Shown piece after piece: positions 10,227-20,691 of a DNA stretch of 64,000 nucleotides. The stretch covers positions 1,984,001 to 2,048,000 of the forward strand of contig OY970194.1 in assembly GCA_963708075.1 (NCBI GenBank), given 5' to 3'. The notes under the pieces are model-generated. The model did no database searches, was not told where the DNA came from, and saw nothing but the letters and a program-made list of their open reading frames with translations. The first letter of the stretch is position 1, and each line of letters opens with the position of its first letter. The position numbers and the translations under genes are program-made. The stretch comes from Sedimentisphaerales bacterium (lineage in GTDB: Bacteria > Planctomycetota > Phycisphaerae > Sedimentisphaerales > Anaerobacaceae).

Positions 10227-13200
10227 CTATCGGGCTTTGCTCTTGGTGAGCGTAAGCGTGATGTTGCCCCCGGCCGGATCGCTTGCCTCCGTAAAGCGAG
10301 GCGGGACGAACGTGATGCGTCCGGCTCCATTGGGAATTCCTTCGATCGCCAGCAACATCGCCAGAGTCTCGAGGCGCGCTTTGCCGATAACCATACATGC
10401 GTCGCGGGTGCGCCTTCTTGCGGCATATTCTGAACCCGGTCGCATGGTCTCCAGAAGGTCGTCCAAGGCCCGCTCGATCAGGCCGAGTTGCGTTTCGGCC
10501 TCCTGCAGACGTCTTGTTCTTCCGAGCACATTCTCATAAGAGCCCGCAGCGTAGGCCGTGCGAGCCTGACCTGCCAGCTCATCTCTCACTTGTTGAAGCC
10601 CTGCTTTGTCCTGCCGGAGCTTCATCAGCAACTCTCGCGCCTGCGCGGACGACAGATTGACAAGCCCGTTCGCTTTTTCGATGTCCCCCCCGCCGAGGTG
10701 ATGTCGAACCATGACGGACAGATCCCGTTCGCGTCGCAGGCGTTCCCTGATCTTCGCCAGCTCTGCCGCCTGCTTCTCCGAAAGCGTGGTGACGCCGGCC
10801 GCATACTGCACGACGTGGATTTCGGCACCGCTCGGTTCCTCTTTCTCCCCGCCCAGAATATTGCCGATTGTTCCGACGACCCTGTAGGGCGAACCGGCCA
10901 CAGCGCCGGCAATGAGGGCGGCTGCGGCTCCTACGGCCGCTTTGGTAACCTGCCCACCGGAAAGGCCTTCCTCGCCAACCTGGAATGACAGCGGCAGCCG
11001 GATGGAACCGCCCGCGTCACGGAGGATGAATAGCACCGTGTCGAGAGACACCGGCAAAGTAAGCAGTTTCGCCAGAAAGCCGTCTGGCGGCTCAGTCAGC
11101 GACAGATCTGTGAAAACCAGTCGGGCCCGGGTCGATAGCGGCTGATCCTTGTGGAATCGCACATCAACACTGGCATCAAAGATGCCGTCACGAAGCGCCA
11201 TCCCTTTCTGCTTGGCTATCCCTTCGAAGTTGACCAGTTCCAGTCCGCTCAATCCCGCTTTCACCCAGCCGTCGGGACGCGGATAGAGGGTCAGCCGTCC
11301 GGTGGCGGACATCTCCTGAAAGAGCAGACGATTCTCCATAGTCGAAGGCTCCGAGGAGTCTGGGGCGGAGCTCTCGGCCGAGTCCCCGGCGGCGGACGCG
11401 GAGCCACGCTTTGTTCCCGGCAACGGCACCTCACCGGCGGTCGCAACAACGTTGAATCGCATCGGCTCCTTGGCCTGGGCCCCGGGCGTGGTGAACCCCC
11501 GAACTTCGACGTCCAGACCCTTCAACGGCATGTACATCGGGGGATCCACGGTTCGGTCGGCGAAACTGAAATCGACCCCATTCACGAGGAGTTGATCGAT
11601 GCGCAGGTCGAGCTGTCTGCCTTGCCCTTGTGAATCCTCCACACTACGGGCCAGCGCATCATTCACATCCGTCGTGGCCGGCGCCGCAACAGCATTGGCA
11701 TCGGCGCTCGCCGCCGCGGGCGACATCTTCAGGATCATGCCAAGCACGTGCAATCCATCGGCCTCTCTGGAGATCGCCCCCTGCGGCTTTACCAAGCCAA
11801 TTTCCTTCACGTGAACGCTGCCGCTATTCGGGTCCACCCTCGGTATGGCCGCACGGAATTCCTCAAAACTTACCAGCACGGTATTTGCATCCGTGTCGCT
11901 GAACGCAACGGCTTTGACCAACAGATCCAGACCAAAAGGCCTGCTGAAGTCGAATTCCGCGACGTTGCGCCGCTCCGCGTGCAGCGTCAGTTGAGCGTTT
12001 CCGGAAAACTTGCCGGCCCGCAGGCTGTTGGCATCCACTGCCGTCCGGAGTTCCGGCAGGATGGAAGTCAGTCCGGCGCCGTGGATCTGCGCGATGTTCC
12101 ATTCCGCGAGAATCTGCGGCTGGGCGACAAAGGGCGACAACTCCAGCTTCAACCGAAGGGATTCCGTCAAAGGCTGAATCTGACCGTGGATATCGATCTT
12201 GACGGGCGGATTGGTATCGGGCTCGTCCCCGAGGAGCTTGATGCCCTCGGCATTGCTGATCTGCAAGTCCGAGACGACGATGGGAGTCGCCGTCGCTCTG
12301 GCTTCGTCTTTCACGGTGAGCTTGCGGGCCTGCAGGGACAATCGTTCGAGGACTATAAGCGGCAAACGCTGTGCTTTTCGTGCGGCGTCGCCCAGGCGGC
12401 CCGCTTTCTCCTCCGGTGGGGTCGGCACTGTCGCGGTGTGTTTCTCCACAGACGCCGCGGCGACCGGTTGCTTGCCCGCCGCGGGAGGATTGCCGGTGGC
12501 CGTCGGCTCGGAAGCCCCCATGTCCAAGCCCAGGAGACTCATCGTGCCGGACGCCTTGTGCTCGACGGTGGCCTCAAGACCCTGGAGAGACACCTGCCGG
12601 ATGGATATCAAGCGTGCGTTCGGGTCGAACCGATCGACGGCCAGCTCGGCCGAGTCGAAACGCAGAAGCGGCTCCTCTGCGGAACTCCCACGGTAGTCAA
12701 CGTCGGCGATGTTGACGCGAACGCGCCGGCCACCGTCGGGATGGCGCATCAGGTCGGCGATAATTCTCGCGCGGAATTGTCCCTCCTTCAGGGCCGGTTC
12801 CCATCCTTTCGGCAGATAGGACAACAGCGGTCCCGCATCGATCCCCGCCGCCTGAACCTTCAGGTCAGTCCCCTGCTTTGACGGCGTCATCTGAACCTGC
12901 CCGGAGACAATCGCCTCCTGAATCATGCCCGGGGCCCTGACAATGACGGCCACTGTTGCCGGAGACGCCTCGACTCCCAACGCAAAATCAGTCAGGGTAA
13001 GGTCTGTCGCTATGGCCTGTGATACCGGGGGCACTACGGCATGATCGGACCACTGGATCCTCGCGTCTTTTACCTCCAAACGACCCACGCGCACGGGCAA
13101 GGCCTGCTCCGGCTTCTTCGGCTCCGGTTTCGTCGCCTCTGATGGTGTCTCTGATCCGATCTCTCGCCCAGGGACGGTGCGCAGACCCACGCAGGAAAGC

Positions 13201-15785
13201 ACGCCGGACTCTTCCCGCGAAAGCAACAGTCGGGGCTGCTCAATCGTGATACGCTCCACCTGCAGACCCGTGTCGGTCAGGTTCAATTGCGCGACGTCTA
13301 TCTGGTTGAATCCGGCCAGCTCTACATCGCCATCCTTGATGGCTACATCGCGGACCGTCGCCGAGCAACGAATCCCCTGGGCTCCCCAGGTGACCTGGCC
13401 GTTCATCTTGGCGCCGACGCTCCCCTTGGTCACCGTCAACTCAGTTCCCAGAGCCTGGAGATAGGGCGTCATCTCGGTCAGGGCCATGCCCTCGCCGTTG
13501 AGAGCAAGATCGAAGGACAGCCCGGCCGGCTGCAATGCCACGGTCCCGCTCAACTCCGCACGCTCGACAGTCCCGGGACTGCGGAGCCATGCCTTGAGGG
13601 AAGCGGGCGATGCAGAACCGTCCTCGCCGCCAAACACGAAGTTGGTCAACTCGAACCCAAAGTCCGGCACAGCAATGGTCTTGGCGGGCGTGACCATTCG
13701 GTCTACAAAGGTCAGTTCGTTATCGTGCCAGGACAAACGTCCGATTTCAATTCTGGCCGTCTGCCCACCGGCCGCGGGGGCCCCGGCGTTTTGGACCGTA
13801 TCCGCACCCCCAGCCTTGGGTCGGTCCGGCTGAGTACTCGTGTCGGCCTGTCCCGGCTCAGGCTGGGATGGACTGCCGGCAAGCCGAAAGCCCAGAACGG
13901 TCAGGCAGCCCGTCTCATCCCGTCCAAGGGCAAGACGCTGTCCCGAGATCTCCACCTGGTCGATGTGCGTTGTTCCGGAATTGGGGTCGATCCTCACCCC
14001 CTGAACACCGATGGCCTTGAGGCCAAACAGCTCGCCGGTGTCCTGCAGGCTGATATTCGTGATCGACGCGGACGCCTCCAGTGGCCCGCCTTTCTGCTGC
14101 GCGAACGTGGCGTTCAGGTCGCATGCGAACTTCCCGCCTTTGTAGAGAGACTCGATGCCGAGCCTTTTCAAATGCGCCTGTAACGCATCCGGGCGGATTC
14201 CTGTTCCAGACAGCTTGAGCGCCGCGCTGCTCTCGGAGGAGGACAACACCACTGTCCCGCCGGCCTGGAGGCTTTCCACGATGCCCGGCGCGCCCAAACG
14301 GGCCGTTAGCGCCAGTCCGTTCGACTGCGACGGGGCGTTTGCCACGGCCACATCGTTGATGTCCAGCACCAGATTGACCGAAGGAGACACGGACTCATCG
14401 TGGAGTACAAAGCGCACGTCGCGCACCTCGACTCCGCCCAGGGACCACGCCCCCGGCGCCTTGCCCGTAGCATCGGCACCTTCCGCCACGTCCGGCTTGG
14501 CCGTCGAGCCCGATCGGGGGCGACCGACAAACTGGAAGCCGCCTGCCGAAAGTACCCCCGTGGCCCTCTTCCAGGCGTGAAACGCACCGCCGCGGACCTG
14601 TATCTTGCCTACGCGGATGGCGCCCGAGCTGGGCACATTGGCGTCCACTGAGGCGTGCGCCAGCGTGAAATGGTCCATGCCGTCGATGGTCAGGGCTGCA
14701 TTGTTCGATTCGAGGTGAACCTCAAGTGCTGGTGATGAGGGTAGGGCTGCCACTTCGCCCGGCGTGAGCGGCTGCTCTCCCTGGGAGTCAACATCGTTCG
14801 CCTCCCCCATGCGATTTCCCTGAATCCGGACGGAGCCGGTACAGGCGAGCGCGAGATTCCGGCCGTCAGGCACAAGTCCCAAATCGGCCAGGTAGTCCTT
14901 CACCGCGCCGGGATGCAGGCCCTGAAGGGCGACCTTCATATCAGCCAGAAGATCGCTTCCATCGCTCGAACCTATCCCTTCGACCAGCAACTGATCCAGC
15001 ACGGGGGGAGAGGACAGAATGACCTGGAATCGCGTCTTGCGCTTGTCCGATCGCAGGTCGGAGAGCCGTACGTTCAGATCCAGCCGGGTTTCAAAAGCCG
15101 GCGTAACACTCATGTCCTGAAAATGAACTTGCACATGCTGTAGTCGCATTGCATCGATCTGGAGCGGCGGCGTCAGATCGAGGGCACGTGGCGACGCGGG
15201 GGTCGAGACTGCCTGAGCATCGGCGGGCTCTGCCGTAGCGATTCGTTCGCGCAGGACGGCCAGCAAGGTCCGCAACTGCGGGAATGTACCATCTCGGGCC
15301 CGGGTCAGACTGACGTCCATTCCATCAATCTCGATGCGAGGTACGACGAGCCGGCGCGTCAACAGCGTCAATAGGGAAACCTCTGCCCGGCAATACTCGA
15401 CATCGGTCAGCGGCGTGTTGGCATCGGTCGACACCAGTGCGAGATGCCAAAGCTCGGCGTCTCCGGTGAGCAGAGAGAGATTCAATCGTTCGTAGTGAGC
15501 TTCCAGGCCGTACGGCGCCATCGTCTTGTTCATAATCCATGGCAGAGAGAGCCACAGAGCGATGCGCAGAACCACGACCACAGCTGCTAGGACGGCGAAG
15601 ACCCAGAAGAGACGCCGAAGCCAGCGAGGTCGGCGGCCCCCGGCCTTGCGCTCGATGGGGTGGTCCGGTGGGCTACCGGATGTTCCGCTCGGCTCAGAGC
15701 CAGCGGCGGCCGCAACGGTGTTCTCAACGGGCATTTTGTCCGGACTTGGTGAGGACGACTTGATTCTTCTCTTTCTATGCCTCAA
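10227..15785 (-). CDS. Large DUF748 (AsmA-like) membrane-anchored periplasmic protein
   Basis: Single N-terminal TM (RRLFWVFAVLAAVVVVL); repeated F.D.SV.P / L.V.GF motifs; L.D..G.I.LPL late motif; TTG 15785 follows an AGAGGT SD just past the upstream stop. Confidence 0.75.
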   Translation of the reverse strand: MRHRKRRIKSSSPSPDKMPVENTVAAAAGSEPSGTSGSPPDHPIERKAGGRRPRWLRRLFWVFAVLAAVVVVLRIALWLSLPWIMNKTMAPYGLEAHYERLNLSLLTGDAELWHLALVSTDANTPLTDVEYCRAEVSLLTLLTRRLVVPRIEIDGMDVSLTRARDGTFPQLRTLLAVLRERIATAEPADAQAVSTPASPRALDLTPPLQIDAMRLQHVQVHFQDMSVTPAFETRLDLNVRLSDLRSDKRKTRFQVILSSPPVLDQLLVEGIGSSDGSDLLADMKVALQGLHPGAVKDYLADLGLVPDGRNLALACTGSVRIQGNRMGEANDVDSQGEQPLTPGEVAALPSSPALEVHLESNNAALTIDGMDHFTLAHASVDANVPSSGAIRVGKIQVRGGAFHAWKRATGVLSAGGFQFVGRPRSGSTAKPDVAEGADATGKAPGAWSLGGVEVRDVRFVLHDESVSPSVNLVLDINDVAVANAPSQSNGLALTARLGAPGIVESLQAGGTVVLSSSESSAALKLSGTGIRPDALQAHLKRLGIESLYKGGKFACDLNATFAQQKGGPLEASASITNISLQDTGELFGLKAIGVQGVRIDPNSGTTHIDQVEISGQRLALGRDETGCLTVLGFRLAGSPSQPEPGQADTSTQPDRPKAGGADTVQNAGAPAAGGQTARIEIGRLSWHDNELTFVDRMVTPAKTIAVPDFGFELTNFVFGGEDGSASPASLKAWLRSPGTVERAELSGTVALQPAGLSFDLALNGEGMALTEMTPYLQALGTELTVTKGSVGAKMNGQVTWGAQGIRCSATVRDVAIKDGDVELAGFNQIDVAQLNLTDTGLQVERITIEQPRLLLSREESGVLSCVGLRTVPGREIGSETPSEATKPEPKKPEQALPVRVGRLEVKDARIQWSDHAVVPPVSQAIATDLTLTDFALGVEASPATVAVIVRAPGMIQEAIVSGQVQMTPSKQGTDLKVQAAGIDAGPLLSYLPKGWEPALKEGQFRARIIADLMRHPDGGRRVRVNIADVDYRGSSAEEPLLRFDSAELAVDRFDPNARLISIRQVSLQGLEATVEHKASGTMSLLGLDMGASEPTATGNPPAAGKQPVAAASVEKHTATVPTPPEEKAGRLGDAARKAQRLPLIVLERLSLQARKLTVKDEARATATPIVVSDLQISNAEGIKLLGDEPDTNPPVKIDIHGQIQPLTESLRLKLELSPFVAQPQILAEWNIAQIHGAGLTSILPELRTAVDANSLRAGKFSGNAQLTLHAERRNVAEFDFSRPFGLDLLVKAVAFSDTDANTVLVSFEEFRAAIPRVDPNSGSVHVKEIGLVKPQGAISREADGLHVLGMILKMSPAAASADANAVAAPATTDVNDALARSVEDSQGQGRQLDLRIDQLLVNGVDFSFADRTVDPPMYMPLKGLDVEVRGFTTPGAQAKEPMRFNVVATAGEVPLPGTKRGSASAAGDSAESSAPDSSEPSTMENRLLFQEMSATGRLTLYPRPDGWVKAGLSGLELVNFEGIAKQKGMALRDGIFDASVDVRFHKDQPLSTRARLVFTDLSLTEPPDGFLAKLLTLPVSLDTVLFILRDAGGSIRLPLSFQVGEEGLSGGQVTKAAVGAAAALIAGAVAGSPYRVVGTIGNILGGEKEEPSGAEIHVVQYAAGVTTLSEKQAAELAKIRERLRRERDLSVMVRHHLGGGDIEKANGLVNLSSAQARELLMKLRQDKAGLQQVRDELAGQARTAYAAGSYENVLGRTRRLQEAETQLGLIERALDDLLETMRPGSEYAARRRTRDACMVIGKARLETLAMLLAIEGIPNGAGRITFVPPRFTEASDPAGGNITLTLTKSKAR

Positions 15786-15802
15786 GGGACGCACCTCTGG
15801 TT

Positions 15803-17317
15803 CTACTGTTGTTCCTGCAGGGCCCGGTTCAGAACGCTGCGCCTTTCTTTGAGCGAGGCCAGAGGATCGTAGCCTTCCGGCGCTCGGCCCTTCGCTGCCA
15901 GCCATTCAAAGGCACGAGTCCGGGCAGCCGGCGAAATGTCCTCCAGGTAGATGAAGTTCTCCTGGAGTAGCCGCTGCTCCAGATCCGCGATATTGGCCGC
16001 CTCCGAAACCATCTCTTTCAGAACAGGAGGATGACGGCCTACCTCCCCGGTGTAACGGATTGCAATGGCCTCCAGTTCCGGCCACGTCTGGTCGGCGGAC
16101 ATCAACTCCACGAGAAGCTGATACGCTGTCTTTTGCAGCCGCCATCCCAGTGCGTTTGGCTCGAACGGAGGACCCGACCCGCATTCATTTGCGATCGCAT
16201 ACGCCAAACGGTCGATGACGATGTCCGTGGTCGAGAGTGTTATGTCCTCGATCAAGGGCGCTGCGGCCTCTCGCGCGAGGTACAGCAGCGCCCGCCGCCC
16301 ATGCGTGGGCGACTGGACAAGCCGAATCGCATCTTCGATGCCTCGTCTGCCGGCGTCGAACTGTGGTCCCCCCTGCTCGCCACTGCCTTCGGCGGCAGCC
16401 CGCAGGTAGTCCTGACACTCTTTCAGCAGCGCAGCATATGTGACAGCCTTGCCCGTCCCCTTCTGCGGAGACGGCGTCACCTCGATCAGAGCCACAATCG
16501 CTGCGATTCCCTCTATATCAAACGGCGACGGCAAGATGACTGCCAATCGGTCCTGTTCCTGCAAGTCCCACGGCTTCAACACGATAGTCTCGGTCGTCAG
16601 CATGCCGGGGGCCGCCGGCACAGACTGCTTTTGTCCCTTCCCGGAACTCGCGTCACTGTCTGCATCGGGCAGAACAGTTTCCTTCAGCTCTCCCGTGGCC
16701 ACGAGCGAGATCTCCAGGGAGACACCCGTCGGGGGCAGTTCCTTCCCCTCCTGTCCGCGCCGCACTTGAATATCGAGCTTGCGGATAGCGCCGGCATCGA
16801 CGACCGGCCTCTTCAAAATGCGGAAACTCGTGCCGACCCCATCTGGCAAAACGCCATGCAGCATCTCTCTGGACAGAGGCACGGCTGGACCACGAGTCGT
16901 AGCATGTTCCAGAATCTGTGTCTCGCTTTGGACGACTCCTACCCTGGCTTTTCTTAGCAGCCCGGCAACGGCGGTAACCGCCGAACTTGTAGGAAGGATC
17001 GTGATCATCCGGGTTTGTGACTCCACGGGATCCAAGGTGTTCTCGAACCACCGGTTCATCGGCGCGAACGTCACAGTAACGCCGAGAGAGTCTTCGAGAC
17101 GAAGTGAATTGCTGTCCGCCGGTTTGTTGCCGGGCAACGGAGAGCCCCAAGAATAGCTCACATCATATTGCAGCATGGACACAGGTAGAGTGCCCGAACG
17201 ACTCTTGCGGCCAAGGTGACAGCCCGCAGACAGGACTAAGACCCCACATGTCAAGCAGAGGGTAGTTCGACACCAGCCGGTCCGACCATCGCATCGGTGA
17301 TTCAACTGTCGTTCCAT
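15803..17317 (-). CDS. Hypothetical lipoprotein
   Basis: Lipobox LVLSAGC; GAGAGGA SD before ATG 17317; tightly spaced with the DUF748 gene. Confidence 0.65.
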   Translation of the reverse strand: MERQLNHRCDGRTGWCRTTLCLTCGVLVLSAGCHLGRKSRSGTLPVSMLQYDVSYSWGSPLPGNKPADSNSLRLEDSLGVTVTFAPMNRWFENTLDPVESQTRMITILPTSSAVTAVAGLLRKARVGVVQSETQILEHATTRGPAVPLSREMLHGVLPDGVGTSFRILKRPVVDAGAIRKLDIQVRRGQEGKELPPTGVSLEISLVATGELKETVLPDADSDASSGKGQKQSVPAAPGMLTTETIVLKPWDLQEQDRLAVILPSPFDIEGIAAIVALIEVTPSPQKGTGKAVTYAALLKECQDYLRAAAEGSGEQGGPQFDAGRRGIEDAIRLVQSPTHGRRALLYLAREAAAPLIEDITLSTTDIVIDRLAYAIANECGSGPPFEPNALGWRLQKTAYQLLVELMSADQTWPELEAIAIRYTGEVGRHPPVLKEMVSEAANIADLEQRLLQENFIYLEDISPAARTRAFEWLAAKGRAPEGYDPLASLKERRSVLNRALQEQQ

Positions 17318-17491
17318 ATTCCTCTCGGATACACATCCCCAGGGTCGAGACATGGCGATCATCCGCCATCCTTCTTTCGCAGCTTACTACGTGCCGGTGC
17401 AGGATACAAGCAATACATGCCAGTCGAACTGATGAATTATCGGTGGATTCATGTCGCTGCATGACGAGAGCACTTGAAGACCGCCGGGCCG

Positions 17492-19522
17492 TCAACCAGG
17501 GTTGCCTCGCGCGCTCGCTTTCACCGTCGGCATGTCGGCCGGGAAGTGGCTCAGGAAGAACTCCTGCATGGGACCCTCATAAAGAGCCAGCCGCACTGCG
17601 CCCCAGGTTGCCTGGTCGCCCGTGGCGTACGTGATATAGGTCCTGCCTTCCCACTCGAACACGTCCACATCGGAGTTGTTGATCCCTTCGCCGGGGCCGG
17701 CCTCGAGGATGGGGTTGAACGGGCTGAGTTCCCAGGTGGCCAGATCTTTCGAGCGAGCCAGGAACGATACATACCCTTTGTGGCCCGGGATGGGCGCGTG
17801 CAGGTAGATGACGTAGTAATACGGCGAGAAATACCGGATCACCGGGCACGCACTGTATTCGTGGTTCACACCGGTGAAGATCAGGCCCGGCATTTTCTCC
17901 CACTGCGACAGATCCCGGGAGCGGGCGAATTTGAAACAGAACTGCACGGGCTGGTTCGACTCATAGGCCATCAGAAAGCCCTTCTCATCCCGGCAAACGG
18001 ACGCATTGAAGAGGTGCTCGTCGCCTTCCTTCGCAATCGCCGGCTCGCGTTTCCATGTTTTGAGGTCGCGAGTCGAGAAGTGATACAGGCTCTGGAACCA
18101 GTCGCGGTCGGTCCCTTCGCTGGCAAAGACATGAAGTTCCGACCCATCCACGAAAGCATTGGCGAAGGAGTGGCCTTCACCGAAGCGGCACACTTCATTG
18201 CCCGTGTTGAGGTCGAGGATATAGAGATACATGCTCTCGGTGTAGCCGTCGGTGTTGTTCCTGGTGTCGTCGCGGCAGTTGAGCACGTGCAGCGGCCGGC
18301 CATTGAACACGACCGGCGTGTTCTCCATGGCCCTCGGCAGCGCGAAGGGCAGCTTCGTGAGTCTGGGCCGCGAGGGACTTGTCGATGAGGGCCAGACAAG
18401 CCGCGGCGGAGCGATCTGGGAGAACAGGTCCGCGGGCCAGAGCCCGAGCCGCTCGAAACCCGGCGGCACATCCTGCTTGAATTGCACGTATGCCTTGTTT
18501 CTACCCTTCGTCGTATAGGTGACGGCTTTCTGGGCCTCGCCCGGAGTGAAGACGCTGTAGCCGGCCAGAGTACAGTCCTCCAGATCGACGTGCAGCCGTC
18601 CGGTGGGCGCGTGTCCCTGTGTGCAGATGATGCCCGTCGATTTAGCGCCCATTTCCGGCTGCGTGAAGTTCAGCACGATCATGCGACAGTTGATGAATCT
18701 CGCCCGTGCACAATGGCTGGCGTAGGAAATGGCCACGGCATTGTCGCAATGAACCAGCGTGCAATCTTCGAACACCACGTGAGGCTGCTCGGGCATCGTT
18801 TTCTCCCATCCTCCCACCAGGACAGCCGCGGTATCGCCGACCCAGTCGAGGGCGAGGAAGTAGCACCGCCGAAACACGCTCGGCTCATTCTCCCGCACGA
18901 TCGGGTAGGCTACCCCGCCGCCGAAGGCCCGGCCGGTCCCCACGCAATCCTCGACGACAACGGTAAATTGCTCGCCGCTTTTGTTGGTGAGGTCCCAGAA
19001 GAATCCGCCGTCTCCTCCGGCCGTATAGAGATAGCGCAGGTTCCATCGATCCCAAACAATGCTGGAAAAGGTTTCCTGGTTGTTGCCATGCGGCCAGTGC
19101 CTGTCCGACGCGCGAATCGGCCCCCACCAATCCCAACTCTTGAACCCCTTCTCGGGGTCCCCGGAGTCAATCACGCTCCAGCCCGTGGCGCCGGAGCCGA
19201 GCCTGCCACCGACGTCGCCGACCAGAGTATTGTACGCACCGGCCGCACCTTTATAGGCTGGGGCCAGATTGGCCTCAACATAGGTGTCCGGCCGGATGAT
19301 GATCTGATGGCCGCCTTTCTCATCGGGCACGGCATCCAGCGCCTTTTGAATGGTGTGGAAAGCAGTCTTCCAACTCCGTCCGTCCGAGTCGTCGCCCAGC
19401 TTGGAGACGTAGAGCGTCACCCCGCGTCGAACGTCGCCCGGAGTTGGGGATGACTCTGCGCCCCGCGAGACCAACGTCGAGAAGTTCGTCGTGAGCAGCG
19501 TGAGCAGGAAGATGGTTTTCAT
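17492..19522 (-). CDS. Secreted two-domain protein: pectin-lyase-like beta-helix plus five-bladed propeller glycosidase-like domain
   Basis: Signal MKTIFLLTLL; YVSKLGDDSDGRSW.TAF.TIQ.A beta-helix start; C-terminal ENTPV, SRDLSQW, SACP, NPIL, INNSD blades. Confidence 0.6.
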   Translation of the reverse strand: MKTIFLLTLLTTNFSTLVSRGAESSPTPGDVRRGVTLYVSKLGDDSDGRSWKTAFHTIQKALDAVPDEKGGHQIIIRPDTYVEANLAPAYKGAAGAYNTLVGDVGGRLGSGATGWSVIDSGDPEKGFKSWDWWGPIRASDRHWPHGNNQETFSSIVWDRWNLRYLYTAGGDGGFFWDLTNKSGEQFTVVVEDCVGTGRAFGGGVAYPIVRENEPSVFRRCYFLALDWVGDTAAVLVGGWEKTMPEQPHVVFEDCTLVHCDNAVAISYASHCARARFINCRMIVLNFTQPEMGAKSTGIICTQGHAPTGRLHVDLEDCTLAGYSVFTPGEAQKAVTYTTKGRNKAYVQFKQDVPPGFERLGLWPADLFSQIAPPRLVWPSSTSPSRPRLTKLPFALPRAMENTPVVFNGRPLHVLNCRDDTRNNTDGYTESMYLYILDLNTGNEVCRFGEGHSFANAFVDGSELHVFASEGTDRDWFQSLYHFSTRDLKTWKREPAIAKEGDEHLFNASVCRDEKGFLMAYESNQPVQFCFKFARSRDLSQWEKMPGLIFTGVNHEYSACPVIRYFSPYYYVIYLHAPIPGHKGYVSFLARSKDLATWELSPFNPILEAGPGEGINNSDVDVFEWEGRTYITYATGDQATWGAVRLALYEGPMQEFFLSHFPADMPTVKASARGNPG

Positions 19523-19893
19523 AACGGGGATAGTGCAAACCACATGGACACGGCTCTTGAGCTTGGGAAACGCAGTCAGCGAGTACGAATTGGCAGATTC
19601 CATAGACTTGTCCGGTAGCAGGCTTCGCCTGCATTTCTCATAACAGGCACAAAGAGGTCGATCATGAGAACACAGCATAGTTGGGAAAGTCCCCCGTTTC
19701 AAGCGCCAATTCGGCGTGAGATGGTCTCGCGATTTTACGGCGGTACGAAGTCCTTCCCCTTGCACACGGTGGTCATCGCAGTGCCATAAGGGAACTGATT
19801 TCTTTTGAAGTATCCCTCGTGACGTGCCATAATCATTGGGCACGGTGGACATTGGACCTCTCGCCAGGTCCCAGTCAGGAAAGGAATACGGAT

Positions 19894-20691
19894 ATGCGCC
19901 TCATGCAAGGCTTTCTGCCACTTGCGGGTCTTCTTCTGATGGCCGGCTCGTCATGTCAGAGGACCCAGACACCTGTCTCTGAGGCAAGAACTGCCACTGG
20001 ATCAGATCAGGTTATGCCAGAGGGTTTCGCGCCGCTGTTCAACGGCGTCAGTCTGGACGGCTGGATGGTGCACGACCCCGAGAACCGGGATTGGCGAGTC
20101 GTCGAGGGAGTCATCGACTGTGACCCCCACGAGGGATCAGGCGACAGGAACCTGTGGACCACAAAGAGCTACGGCGACTTCGAACTGCTGGTAGACTGGC
20201 GGATCAAGGAGAGTCCCTACATGAACCGGGCCGCCAGGATCATTCTTCCCGATGGGACGTACAAGAAAGATGATTCCGGCAAGGATGTGCTCATCGAGGT
20301 CCCGAACACGGACTCGGGAGTCTTTCTCCGTGGTCAGCACAAATCCCAGGTGAACATCTGGTGCTGGCCGGTCGGTTCCGGCGAGGTGTGGGGCTATCGT
20401 ACCGATCCAGCCTTTTCACCTGACGTCCATGCAGGGGTCACGCCAAAGGTCAAAGCGGACCGGCCAATTGGCCAATGGAACACCTTCCATGTCATCGTGA
20501 AAGGGGATCATCTGACCGTTGTGCTCAACGGGCAACAGGTCATTGACAACGCTCAATTGCCCGGCATCCCGGCTCGGGGGCCAATGGCACTACAGCATCA
20601 CGGAGACCGCAGGGATGGCGAATGGGGAGCATCCTTCCTCCAATTCCGCCGCATTTTCATCAAGGAGCTGAATCAGCCGCCGAATCGGTGA
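19894..20691 (+). CDS. DUF1080 (3-keto-disaccharide hydrolase family) lipoprotein
   Basis: LFNGVSLDGW, YGDFELLVDW, DSGVFLRG, GQWN, G.ALQHHG, FRRIFIKEL. Confidence 0.9.
   Translation: MRLMQGFLPLAGLLLMAGSSCQRTQTPVSEARTATGSDQVMPEGFAPLFNGVSLDGWMVHDPENRDWRVVEGVIDCDPHEGSGDRNLWTTKSYGDFELLVDWRIKESPYMNRAARIILPDGTYKKDDSGKDVLIEVPNTDSGVFLRGQHKSQVNIWCWPVGSGEVWGYRTDPAFSPDVHAGVTPKVKADRPIGQWNTFHVIVKGDHLTVVLNGQQVIDNAQLPGIPARGPMALQHHGDRRDGEWGASFLQFRRIFIKELNQPPNR

Noticed and set aside
20660..20691. 32-bp convergent overlap of DUF1080 and the second binding-protein gene
   Set aside because: Short 3' overlaps are common and carry no special signal.
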